64,000 bases of DNA. Source: Dehalococcoidia bacterium. Lineage in GTDB: Bacteria > Chloroflexota > Dehalococcoidia > Bin125. This document shows positions 16,771-26,160 of the stretch, in pieces; within the stretch, counting starts at the first letter, position 1, and every line of letters starts with the position of its first letter. The DNA lies in assembly GCA_963662615.2 (NCBI GenBank), contig CAXXSR010000001.1, positions 512,001 to 576,000 on the forward strand. Reading direction: 5' to 3'. Under the pieces are notes generated by a model, which was not told the DNA's origin, did no database searches, and saw nothing but the letters and a program-made list of their open reading frames with translations. Position numbers and translations under genes: made by a program.

Positions 16771-19547
16771 CGACCGCGGATGCGCCCGCGACGACCGTGA
16801 CGCTCACAATCGACGGCGAAGCCCTGGCGGTGCCGGAGGGCAGCACGGTCCTGGATGCGGTGCTGCGAAACGACGGCAACTTCCCTCATCTCTGCAAGGA
16901 CCCCAACGGCCCGCCGCTGGGCGCCTGTCGCACTTGTCTGGTGGAGATCGATGGCACGCGCGGAATGCCGGCATCGTGCCACACGCCGGCGGCGGAGGGC
17001 ATGGTGGTGCGGACGACGGCGCCGGCGGTGGTCGCGGTGCGCAAGGGCGTGCTGGAGCTGACCCTGGCGATGCGCGACGCGTCGCAGACGGCGGAGCCGG
17101 ACTCGGAGTTGACGGTCAACGCCGCCTCCCACGCCGCCGATGCCCGTCGTTGGGACGGCAGCGCCAACACCCACCGCGATGACTCCAACCCCTTCTACCT
17201 CTTCGATGCGAGCGAGTGCATCCTTTGCGGGCGCTGCACGTCCGCCTGCAATGACCTGCAGAGCATCGGCGCGATCGGCATCGCCGGGACCGCCAAGGAG
17301 GCGCGCATCGCCCCGTTCGACGATGAACCGTTGAGCGAGTCCACCTGCACCTCTTGCGGCCAGTGCGTCGCCGCCTGCCCCACGGGCGCGCTGCGGCCGA
17401 AGCGCGCCGGCGCGCCGATCAAGACCGTCTCCACCGTTTGCCCCTACTGCGGCGTGGGCTGCGGCATCAAGGTCAGCGTCGACGCCGAGGAGCGGATTAT
17501 CCAAGTCGACGATGACCCCGACAACCGCTCCTCCGAGGGGCTGCTCTGCGTGAAGGGCCGCTTCGGCACCACCTTCGTCAACCACCCCGACCGGCTGACG
17601 ACGCCGCTGATCCGTCGCGCCGGCGAACTCCAGCCCGCTTCCTGGGACGAGGCGTTGGACCTCGTCGCCGACAAGTTCGTCGAGCACCGCGGCGCCTTCG
17701 GCGCCTTCTCCAGCGCCAAGGCCACCAACGAGGACAACTACATGATCCAGAAGTTCGTGCGCCTGTTGATGGGCACGAACAACATTGACCACTGCACGCG
17801 GCTGTGCCACGCGCCGTCAGTGGAGGCGATGCTGGCGCAGTTCGGCAGCGGCGCCACCTCCAACTCCTACACCGACTATGAGGACGCCGGCTGTCTCTTC
17901 ATCGTCGGCGCTGACCCCTCATCGAACCATCCGGTGGTGGCCAGCCGCATGCGTCGCGCCATTGAGGAGCGCGGCGTCAAGCTGATCGTGCTCAACCCCA
18001 AGCGCATCGAGATGTGCGACCACAGCGACCTCTGGCTGCGCGAGTTCCCCGGCACCGACGTGGCCGTGCTCAACGGCATGGCCCACGTCATCCTGGCGGA
18101 GGGGTTGGCGGACGAAGCGTTTATTCGTGATCGCACGGAGGGCTTCGAGGAGTGGCGCAGCGGCGTCGAACGGTACACGCCGGAGCACGCCTCCGAACTC
18201 TCCGGCGTCCCCGCCGAGCTGATCCGCCGGGCGGCGCGCCTCTACGCCGCTCCCGCCGGCGACGGCGCGCGCGAGGGGCGCAACGGCTCCTGCCTGGTCT
18301 GGGGCATGGGCGTCACCCAGCACACCAACGGACTGGCCAACTGCACGGCGCTGCTGAATCTCGCTCTCTTGGTTGGGCAGGTCGGCAGGGTGGGCAACGG
18401 CGTCTCGCCCTTGCGCGGCCAGAACAACGTGCAGGGCGCCGGCGACGCCGGCTGCATCCCCGACGCGCTCCCCGGCTACCAGCGCTACACGCCCGACGTG
18501 CTGGAGCGGTTTGAGGCCGCCTGGGGCGGTCCGCTCCCGGCCGAGGAGGGGCTGCGCGCCACCGACATGGTGGAGGCGATCGGTGAGGGGGCGGTCCGCT
18601 GCATGTACGTCGTGGGGGAGAATCCCGCCCTGACCGACCCCAACCTGGCCCACGCCACGAAGCTGCTGGAGAAGCTCGACTTCCTCGTCGTGCAGGACAT
18701 CTTCATGCACGAGACGGCGGATCTGGCCGACGTCGTCCTGCCCGCCGCCTCCTTCGCCGAGAAGGAGGGCACGTTCTGCAATAGTGAGCGACGGGTCCAG
18801 CGCGTCCGCCAGGCGATCCCGCCCATCGGCGGGAGCCGGCCCGACTGGGAGATCGTGCAGGATCTGGCGCCCCGCGTCGCGCAGCGGCTCGGCGTCTCGC
18901 TCCGAGGCTTCGACCACCCCGGCTCCGCCTCCATCTTCGACGAGATGGCGTCGCTGATGCCGATCGTCGCCGGCCTCTCGCATGCGCGCCTCGATCGGGA
19001 GGGCGGCATCCAGTGGCCCTGCCCCACGCCGGACCATCCCGGCTCGGCGCGGCTCTACGCCCAGGACTTTCCGCGCGGGCTGGGGAAGTTCATCGCCGTG
19101 GCGCAGACGGCCCCCAGCGCCGAGGAGCCCGACGAGCGCTACCCCTTCATTCTCAACACGGGCCGCGTCCTCTACACCTGGCACGGCGGCACCCTCACGC
19201 GCAGAGTCGAGGGGCTGGTGGAGAGCTTCCCCGAGCTGCGCGTCGCGCTGAACCCCAGTGACGCCGCCCGCCTGGAGATCGAGAACGAGGAGGCGATCTG
19301 GGTCGCCTCGCGGCGGGGCCGGCTAGAGGGCGTCGCCTTCGTCACGCAGGACGTGGCGCCGGGCTCCGTCTTCCTGCCCTTCACGCGCCTCAAGGAGAGC
19401 GCCGCCAACTGGCTGACCAACAACGTCTACGACGAGACCTCGCGCATCCCCGAGTTCAAGGTCTGCGCCGTCCGCATCGAGCGGGCGGGCGAGCCCACGG
19501 AGTGGCGGCGCGAGCGGCGGCGGGGCAAGCGGAAGCAGTACTGGTAG
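16767..19547 (+). CDS. fdhF: Formate dehydrogenase alpha subunit (Mo/W-bisPGD, Cys ligand) with N-terminal Fe-S domains
   Basis: GACRTC, CILCGRC, CTSCGQC, CPYCGVGC, DHCTRLCH, LRGQNNVQGAGD, PEFKVCAV. Confidence 0.95.
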   Translation: MTTADAPATTVTLTIDGEALAVPEGSTVLDAVLRNDGNFPHLCKDPNGPPLGACRTCLVEIDGTRGMPASCHTPAAEGMVVRTTAPAVVAVRKGVLELTLAMRDASQTAEPDSELTVNAASHAADARRWDGSANTHRDDSNPFYLFDASECILCGRCTSACNDLQSIGAIGIAGTAKEARIAPFDDEPLSESTCTSCGQCVAACPTGALRPKRAGAPIKTVSTVCPYCGVGCGIKVSVDAEERIIQVDDDPDNRSSEGLLCVKGRFGTTFVNHPDRLTTPLIRRAGELQPASWDEALDLVADKFVEHRGAFGAFSSAKATNEDNYMIQKFVRLLMGTNNIDHCTRLCHAPSVEAMLAQFGSGATSNSYTDYEDAGCLFIVGADPSSNHPVVASRMRRAIEERGVKLIVLNPKRIEMCDHSDLWLREFPGTDVAVLNGMAHVILAEGLADEAFIRDRTEGFEEWRSGVERYTPEHASELSGVPAELIRRAARLYAAPAGDGAREGRNGSCLVWGMGVTQHTNGLANCTALLNLALLVGQVGRVGNGVSPLRGQNNVQGAGDAGCIPDALPGYQRYTPDVLERFEAAWGGPLPAEEGLRATDMVEAIGEGAVRCMYVVGENPALTDPNLAHATKLLEKLDFLVVQDIFMHETADLADVVLPAASFAEKEGTFCNSERRVQRVRQAIPPIGGSRPDWEIVQDLAPRVAQRLGVSLRGFDHPGSASIFDEMASLMPIVAGLSHARLDREGGIQWPCPTPDHPGSARLYAQDFPRGLGKFIAVAQTAPSAEEPDERYPFILNTGRVLYTWHGGTLTRRVEGLVESFPELRVALNPSDAARLEIENEEAIWVASRRGRLEGVAFVTQDVAPGSVFLPFTRLKESAANWLTNNVYDETSRIPEFKVCAVRIERAGEPTEWRRERRRGKRKQYW

Positions 19548-19676
19548 GGCGTGAGCATAAACGGCCGGAACGAATCGATTCACATGATCTAGGCTGGTTG
19601 CGCTGCGACAGCGTCGAGCGTCGTGGTGAGCGCACGGCGCGTTGGATAGGCGCAGCAGCGTTAGGGAGTGCAGGCC

Positions 19677-20021
19677 ATGGTGGACAGAGGCATCTGGACC
19701 ACTACTGACGAATTGCGGCCCGAAGACCTCGACGGACTGATGGGGTCAGTGCGGCTGGTTTGTATCACATTCAACGCGTACAGCGACTTGAAGAGAGCAC
19801 TCGGCAGCGACGAGACCGTCCAGAAACTCCTTGTGGAAAAGGCGACCGCCTTCGAGAAGCCCATCGCGGTCAACATCCCGATCGGGCAGGGTGCCTCTAA
19901 CACGGTCTTCATGTCGCCGGCTACCTGGACGGAGGAGAGGCTCAAAGGATGGGTTGGCACGTACAAGCCGCTCATCGATCACGCGTTCGGGGAGAGCGGG
20001 CGACCGGAGCGGCCGGGTTAG
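19677..20021 (+). CDS. Hypothetical protein (cassette cargo)
   Basis: GGGAG RBS; coding-like composition; flanked by the duplicated fdhF 3' end. Confidence 0.65.
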   Translation: MVDRGIWTTTDELRPEDLDGLMGSVRLVCITFNAYSDLKRALGSDETVQKLLVEKATAFEKPIAVNIPIGQGASNTVFMSPATWTEERLKGWVGTYKPLIDHAFGESGRPERPG

Positions 20022-20192
20022 TGCCGGGCGCGGGTCGGCGCAAGGGGAAGCGGCGGCAGTACTGGTGGGTGCACACACTTCGTGACATATGATGGAAAGA
20101 GACAGCAGATAGACGGCCCTTCGGATTCACGTTCGACGTACCCCTAGCCCGAACACGCTCGGCCAGGTTCACGGACGAACTTGGTCATCGTT

Positions 20193-20228
20193 GGAAAACA
20201 AAATGGGCTCCCATTGCGGGGAGCCCAT
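20193..20228 (-). terminator. Rho-independent terminator on the minus strand
   Basis: ATGGGCTCCC/GGGAGCCCAT stem followed by TTTTGTTTT on the minus strand. Confidence 0.75.
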
Positions 20229-20251
20229 CACATGGCTGGCAATGCTCGTCC

Positions 20252-20674
20252 TTACAGTCGTTCGATCATCTTGACAACAAAGTCCGCGGCGGCACTACCA
20301 AGGCCGCTGAGCATAATTGCGCGCGGAGCGCTCGAGTTCTGACGTAATTCGGCGTGGTCTCCAAGGATATCGCCGTCGTCTTCAAAAGCAGGAACAACCT
20401 CGCAGATGCCGATTTCGCGTTCACCATCGGCATCACGAATGACTTCAAATCGGTGCCTATGCTCTTGGTTGTGAAAAAGGGCCGTGTGGCCACAATCATC
20501 TTGTAATACGCAAAATTCATGTGGCCGGGATGACATCTCAGGACGCCCCCGGCTTCCAACGCCGTCTTCGTTTGCGACCCATGGCCGCACCTCCTCATCA
20601 TGCGCACGCGCCCGATCTTCCGATCGAGCCTTATCCCTGCCCCCGTGGCAAAGTTCCACGTGCCCATGCCTCAA
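20252..20674 (-). CDS. Possible orphan protein in a lower-GC segment (start and frame uncertain)
   Basis: ORF ends just upstream of the minus-strand terminator; no recognisable motif. Confidence 0.3.
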   Translation of the reverse strand: MRHGHVELCHGGRDKARSEDRARAHDEEVRPWVANEDGVGSRGRPEMSSRPHEFCVLQDDCGHTALFHNQEHRHRFEVIRDADGEREIGICEVVPAFEDDGDILGDHAELRQNSSAPRAIMLSGLGSAAADFVVKMIERL

Positions 20675-20834
20675 GCATACCTGACTCCCTCAAGCTCGCA
20701 GTTGACACATCTCTTACGGAGGAGAGACAGACACACGCTTAACCTATTAGTGCTTGAGAGTAACCACACCACCCCGCCCTCGCGTCGTAAGCGGCGACCC
20801 GCTCGATTTCCGACGTATGACTCGCTGCCACTGA

Positions 20835-21284
20835 TCATGCCAGAGCCAGCACTGCCGCGAAGCGGACCGGCGAAACGATAGGAATGCCTGCGTACTCCTG
20901 CAGGGCCAGCAGGTGGCGATCTCCGGAGACGATGTAGTCAACCGCGCCGGCCACGGCCGCTTCCAAGACGCGATTGTCCGCGGGGTCGTCGCGGATGCCG
21001 TCGAGGTGTGACTGCGGCGTGACGACCGTCGCGCGTTCCCGCAGCGTCTCCGCGAAGGCGACCGTTTCCTGCTCGGAGTGCTTGTGGGCGCGTGCAACGT
21101 GCGGGCGCAAGAGCACGCGCTGCAGTTCGTCCAAGAGCGGCGGCGATGTGACCAAGACAAACGCGCCGCGGCGCCACGCGCGCAGGACGCGCCAGGGTGC
21201 ACCGCGCTCACTGATCACCGCGCTGACGAGGACGTTGGTATCGAGAACGGCGCGGATCGGAGTCGGCTCACGGTCAGCGGGCAC
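20835..21284 (-). CDS. PIN-domain toxin (putative TA toxin)
   Basis: AVLDTNVLVSA, RDDPADNRVLEAA, YIVSGDRHLL. Confidence 0.92.
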   Translation of the reverse strand: MPADREPTPIRAVLDTNVLVSAVISERGAPWRVLRAWRRGAFVLVTSPPLLDELQRVLLRPHVARAHKHSEQETVAFAETLRERATVVTPQSHLDGIRDDPADNRVLEAAVAGAVDYIVSGDRHLLALQEYAGIPIVSPVRFAAVLALA

Positions 21285-21287
21285 GCG

Positions 21288-21575
21288 TCAGTCCGTGGCT
21301 GGGTACGGCCGCCCGCGGACCTCGGCGATGGCCCGCTCTATATCATGCTCAATCTCCTCGTAAGGAACGTCCGCCGTGGCCTTCTGCGCCCGCTCGATGA
21401 ACCCCCACAGGCGCTCCTCTTCACGTTGGAGGGCCTTGTAGCGCTCGACGGGAATCACGACCGCCATGGGCTTGCCCGCCCGCTCAATGACGACCTCGTC
21501 GCCGCGGTAGAAAACCCACTCAAGGAGTTCCCCCAGCCGCTTGCGCGCCTCTCCGGCCGAGACCTTCCGCTTCAT
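21288..21575 (-). CDS. Phd/YefM-family antitoxin
   Basis: VSAGEARKRLGELLE..GDEVVIERAGKPMAVVIP. Confidence 0.92.
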   Translation of the reverse strand: MKRKVSAGEARKRLGELLEWVFYRGDEVVIERAGKPMAVVIPVERYKALQREEERLWGFIERAQKATADVPYEEIEHDIERAIAEVRGRPYPATD

Positions 21576-21588
21576 CGCCGTTTCTGCC

Positions 21589-21617
21589 TATCAATTGATA
21601 TGACCATATGGATTATA
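21589..21617 (-). promoter_or_regulatory. TA promoter with perfect -10 (TATAAT) and operator palindromes
   Basis: TATAAT on the minus strand at 21612-21617; palindrome TATCAATTGATA at 21589-21600; CCATATGG. Confidence 0.75.
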
Positions 21618-21647
21618 TCGGTTCGTAGGGGAGCGTACGAGGCGGCT

Positions 21648-22421
21648 CTAGAGGCTCCTGGCGAATTTCTTCCCTGCGTCGAAGGCGACCACCCGCTCGA
21701 TGCCGGCGGCGTGGCAGGCGGCGGCGATGGCCGCCGCGCTGGGCTCGTTGAGCGCGGCCTGCGCGATCACGACCGCGAACTCGGCGGCCGGCGGGACCTG
21801 CTTGCGCCCGCCCTGCGGATGCGCCAGCACGGCGGCGATCAGGTCCGGCGTCAGCGGCTCGCCCGCCGTCGCGCCGGTGAGCGCCGTCACCCGCTCGGGC
21901 CGGTGCACGGCGCGCTCATCGAGGGGGCGGCCCAGCACCGTCACCGCTACGACGGCGAGCACGTGCGTCACCGCCTCCGGCAGCACCGGCTCGTGATCGG
22001 CGGGCGCCTTGAAGGCGCGCCCGGCGGCGCCGTCCGCCTCCACGCCCACCAGCTCCACCCCCTCCAGCGCCAGCGCCTGCCGCGGCCAGTCCGGCGCGAC
22101 CGCGCTGATGCGGCCGCGTTCGCCGCGGCCGCTGCCGACGATGATGGCGGCGTGGCCGCGGCGCTGCGCATCGTCGATGGCGGTGGCGCGCACGAGCGGA
22201 TTGGTCGCCAGCGCCAACGGCAGTTCAGACGCCTCGCGGGGGATCGTGAACTTGGTGGTGGTGGTCAGGACGCTGAAGCCGTGCCGGCCGGCGGGCGCCG
22301 CCGGGGCCCAGCGCTCTTGGGCGAGCGCGAAGAGCAGCGTCGTCTTGCCGCCCCCGCCCACCGTGGCGACTATCGCGGGTCCGTCGATCCCAATCGCATC
22401 ATGCAGCGGCTGTGAGGCCAT
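21648..22421 (-). CDS. yqeC: YqeC-family protein (selenium-dependent molybdenum hydroxylase accessory)
   Basis: VGGGGKTTL, TTTTKF, VEADGAAGRAFKAPADHEPVLP, VHRPE. Confidence 0.88.
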   Translation of the reverse strand: MASQPLHDAIGIDGPAIVATVGGGGKTTLLFALAQERWAPAAPAGRHGFSVLTTTTKFTIPREASELPLALATNPLVRATAIDDAQRRGHAAIIVGSGRGERGRISAVAPDWPRQALALEGVELVGVEADGAAGRAFKAPADHEPVLPEAVTHVLAVVAVTVLGRPLDERAVHRPERVTALTGATAGEPLTPDLIAAVLAHPQGGRKQVPPAAEFAVVIAQAALNEPSAAAIAAACHAAGIERVVAFDAGKKFARSL

Positions 22422-22475
22422 CCCCGCGCATCGTACCGTTTCGAGACGCCGCATTGAGACGGATACACTGTCCGC

Positions 22476-23132
22476 GTGACGGAGCCTGAGTCTCCTCAAC
22501 CGTTCAGCGTCGCGATCCTGGCTGGGGGCTTCGGCACTCGCCTAGGCCAGGAGAAGGCGGGCGCGCTCGCGGCGGGCCGCCCGCTGCTGGAATGGACGGC
22601 GGAAGCGCTGGCAGGCTTGAGCGACGACCTCCTGGTCGTCCGCCGTGTTGACCAGACGCTGCCGCCCGCGCCGGCCGGCGTCACCTGGCGCGAGATCACC
22701 GATCGCCGCGCGCAGGCCGGGCCGCTGGCCGGCATTGAGGCCGCGCTGCAGGCGATCCGCCACGACGTCGTGGTGACGGTCGCCTGCGACATGCCGCTGA
22801 TCCGGCCGACGCTGGTCCGCGCGCTCGCCGCCGCCTGCGCCGATGTCGACGTGGTGATGCCGTACCTGGACGGGCGCGACCAGCCGCTCCTGGCGGCCTA
22901 CCGGCGCACCTGCCTTGCCACCATTGACGCGCAGCTCGCCGCGGGCGACGGTCGCATCCGCGCCATCGTGCCGAAGCTGCGCAGCCGCCGCCTGGAACGG
23001 CCGCAGCTGGAAGCGTTCGATCCTGATCTGATCTCCTTCACGAACATCAACTACCCCGCCGATCTGGAACGCGTCGCGACCGAGCTGACGCGTCGCGCGA
23101 CGGCGGGCGAGCGCGCGGAGGATGCACCATGA
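22476..23132 (+). CDS. mobA: Molybdenum cofactor guanylyltransferase
   Basis: ILAGGFGTRLGQEK, GPLAGI, VACDMP, FTNINYPADL. Confidence 0.9.
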   Translation: MTEPESPQPFSVAILAGGFGTRLGQEKAGALAAGRPLLEWTAEALAGLSDDLLVVRRVDQTLPPAPAGVTWREITDRRAQAGPLAGIEAALQAIRHDVVVTVACDMPLIRPTLVRALAAACADVDVVMPYLDGRDQPLLAAYRRTCLATIDAQLAAGDGRIRAIVPKLRSRRLERPQLEAFDPDLISFTNINYPADLERVATELTRRATAGERAEDAP

Positions 23133-23338
23133 CGATCTACCGGCGGGTGTTGACGGGGCAGGTGGCGCCCGGCCAGCACGGCGACTTCCTGGCAGCGCTG
23201 GAAGCGGCGCTGGACTACCAGGCGCAGCGCGGGGTTGAAGCGCGCTTCGCCGTCTGGGACTCAATTACCGCCGTCTTCTCTAGAGCCACGAGTGCTCTCC
23301 AGCGACGGGTGAGCCACATCGCCGGGCGCGCGCCTTAG
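23129..23338 (+). pseudogene. Probable truncated small alpha/beta-barrel-type gene
   Basis: ATGA-coupled to mobA; coding character appears lost after WDSIT. Confidence 0.4.
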
Positions 23339-24918
23339 CCGGACAGCGCCGCCGCCACGCGGTCTACATCGTCGGCCTCTGTGCCGGCGACGATCCAGGT
23401 CGCCGCGGGCGAGCGCTGGACCCAATAGGCGCGGTCGTCCCCCGCCCAGGAGATCACGGGACCCCCGTCGGCGAGGCCCGCCCGGCCGGAGCGCGCCTCC
23501 AACCAGCGCCCGAAGGCGTCGAAGAATTCGTCGCCTTCCGCCACGCTGTCCCAGCGGAGGTTCCAGGCCAGCAGCTCGGCGCCGTTGGCGCTGCGATAGG
23601 CGGCGGCCCGATCGCCGCCCCAGCCGTCCGCCCCTCGCGCGGCCGAACTGTCGCCAAGCTCGTCGTCCAGCAACACGCGCAGGAAGAATTCGCCCAACGT
23701 GTCCGTGAGGATGAGCGACCAATCAGGACCCAACACACCGCCCAAGTCGGGATCGGCGACGGCGAGCGGCGGCTCGCGGGTGGCTAGCTTGGGCAGATGC
23801 AGCAGCTGCTCGGTGGAATCCGGTGGGTCGGCCAGGAGCGCGTCAATGAAGGCGGCGCCGCGCTCGTCCCGCAGCCTCGCGACGGCGTTCACCCCCTCTT
23901 GGTAGGGCGCATTGAAGATCCGTCGCAGGACGAAGGGCACGGCCGCGCTCACCCCCGGCAGCCGGTCCAGGGCGGGCTCCAGGCCCCCAACGACCTCCGC
24001 CTCCAGGTCCGCGAAAAGCGCCTCCGTCAGCCGTGCATCCCCCTCCACAATGAAGCGAAACGCCAGCCCCCTGTCCGAGTTGTCGTCGAACGCGTCGAAC
24101 GTTCCCTCCAGATCGAAGTGCTGGTCCTGCAAGGCATGGACGAACTCATGCGTGACGGTGTCAATGTCGCGGCGGGCGATGTGGTCGTTGCCGCTGACGA
24201 TGACGAACGACTTGATGTCGGGGTCGTAGAAGCCCAGCACGGCGCCGACGTACAGATCTTCCAGCAGCGGGATCAGCTCGCTGTCGGCGCGGAACACGCC
24301 CAGCAGCTGGAAGAGGGTTTCGGTGAAATCCGCTTCCAGCAGATCGTCCGGCTCATAGGAGTCGCGGAAGTATTCGGCCAAGTTGGAGCGACGGATGAGA
24401 TAGACGGGCACGTCGGCGAGGAGCGGCAGCCCCCGCCGCTCGCCCACCACCTCACCAATGCGACGGAGCAGCTCTACGTCCTAGTCGGCGGTCAGCTCAA
24501 TCAACAGGTCGCGACGGAGAACGCCCCAGTCCACCTCGGTCGGCGCATCGCCGTCGTCTTCTTCGGGCAGCTCCAGCGGCGGCTCAACGGACGCTTCGTC
24601 GGGCCCGGCGGGCGCGGGCGCCGCTGCGGGCGCCGCTGCGGGCGCCGCTGCGGCCGTCTCCGCCTCGCTACCTGATGACGGCGTTCTTGCTTCCTCGCCT
24701 TCGGCCGTCGTTGCGCCGCCATCGTTCGGCTCCGGCGCGGCGGCGGGCGCGCCCTCGACTTCCGCGGGTGCCGGCGTGCTGGCTTCCTGAGCCGCCGGCG
24801 GCGACGGATCGTCGCTGCCTCCGCCGCAGGCGGCCACGAAGATCGCGAGGGCGCCCATCAGGACGCCCATCAGGATGAGGGACGGGTGGCGTGGGTGGAG
24901 GTGAACGCGTTCGCGCAT
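23335..24918 (-). pseudogene. Lipoprotein with HExxH zincin-like domain, split by in-frame TAG at 24481-24483
   Basis: Lipobox VAAC; ORFs 24481-24936 and 23335-24450 share one frame; GFYDP, HEFVHALQDQHF, EGDA, PPDSTEQLLH. Confidence 0.8.
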
Positions 24919-25009
24919 GATGCAGCCGTTCCGCACGTATACTCAGCGTAGTACGGCGTCTGGGACTGCGAAGGCGGTGGGCCCGTGCGCGGGACGACGG
25001 GGGGCGCCT

Positions 25010-25300
25010 GTGGTGTCGGTTGACCCGGCCAAGGCGGAGGCGTATCGCGCCGCCTGGGAGGCATGGCAGAAACAGTTGCAGACGCTGCACCGCGTCTTTC
25101 TGGAGGGCGAGCCCATGGGGGCGCCCCAGCTCAAGGGCCTGCTGAACCGGGAAGCCCGCGCCAAGGCGCGCTACGACGAGGCCAGGCTCAAGCTGCTGGG
25201 CATCCCGGCCGGGGCCGCTTCCGGCGACGCCGCGGCCGTGGCGGCGCCCGGGCCACCCGGCCCCGCTGCCTCGGCGTCAAGAGCCGGAGGCGCGCCCTAG
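25010..25300 (+). CDS. Small helical hypothetical protein
   Basis: Amphipathic helices WQKQLQTLHRVFLEG..KGLLNREARAK; start uncertain. Confidence 0.6.
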   Translation: MVSVDPAKAEAYRAAWEAWQKQLQTLHRVFLEGEPMGAPQLKGLLNREARAKARYDEARLKLLGIPAGAASGDAAAVAAPGPPGPAASASRAGGAP

Positions 25301-26016
25301 ACGCCGGCGTCGTCCAGCAGCGGACGGGCGATCACGACCAAGCGTTGACAGCCCACATTGCAACTGCGGCAGGTGATCAACGTGAGCTGTTCGCCGTCGG
25401 TCGCCGCCATGATCTCGACCGCCGTCGGCTCCACGAAACGGATCTCGCGGACCACGTACTCGCTCAAGCCCGCGTCCGTGTAAAGCTCCACGCGGTCGCC
25501 CAACTCCATCTGCTGCAGGTCCCGAAAAACGTGCCCGCCGCGACCGTCGCGGGTACCCACGTGGCCGGCCAGCACCACGTTGCCGCCCTCGCCGGGGTTG
25601 ACGCCGCGGTACTGTCCCACCACGTGATTCGGCGCTTCGTAGCGCAGTTCCCCGTCCTGCCGAGCGATGCCGACCTGCGCCACTGCGGAGTCCAGGGAGA
25701 TGCGCGGAATCACGATCCGCTCAACGGCCCCCGGCCGCTCGATCGCGTCCTCTTCCTCGACCAGGGGGGTGGCCCGCGCCGCCAGCGTAAAGGTCAGGAC
25801 CGTGGGCTCCGCCTGCGTGGCGGGCAGGACCGGCACGCCATCCTCACGGGGGAGTTCGGCGACCGCCACGGGGCCCGAGACGGCGCGGGTCTGAATCGGT
25901 GGGGGCGGCGCCAACTCGGCGGGCTCGGCCGGGGGCGCACTCAGCCCAATCATGACCAGGAGCAGGCCGGCGATCGCCGCGCCGCCCGGCAGCAGATACC
26001 CGCGCAGCGGGGCCAT
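25297..26016 (-). CDS. Sortase
   Basis: N-terminal TM; IVIPRI, GNVVLAGH (His), LTLITC (Cys), RLVVIA (Arg); GGAGG RBS. Confidence 0.9.
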   Translation of the reverse strand: MAPLRGYLLPGGAAIAGLLLVMIGLSAPPAEPAELAPPPPIQTRAVSGPVAVAELPREDGVPVLPATQAEPTVLTFTLAARATPLVEEEDAIERPGAVERIVIPRISLDSAVAQVGIARQDGELRYEAPNHVVGQYRGVNPGEGGNVVLAGHVGTRDGRGGHVFRDLQQMELGDRVELYTDAGLSEYVVREIRFVEPTAVEIMAATDGEQLTLITCRSCNVGCQRLVVIARPLLDDAGV

Positions 26017-26160
26017 GTCGCGCCTCCATGCCGTCGCCGCCACCCCTGTGGCGGGTTCCCTCGCTCGCTCCTCCGCGTTAATTGTCGTCAGAGCCGGTCC
26101 ACAAATTGACCCTTCCAAAAGGCCGGGCCTAGACTGGCGCTGAACACGGAGGTCGCGCTG

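Noticed and set aside
17785-17815. Selenocysteine in FDH, suggested by the nearby yqeC
   Set aside because: The active-site codon is TGC (RLCH).
24481-24483. In-frame TAG as pyrrolysine
   Set aside because: No pyl genes in the window, TAG is a normal stop elsewhere, and comparable TAA and TGA lesions exist.
24616-24652. 12-bp tandem repeat GGGCGCCGCTGC x3
   Set aside because: Encodes an ordinary AAAP linker in the lipoprotein stalk.
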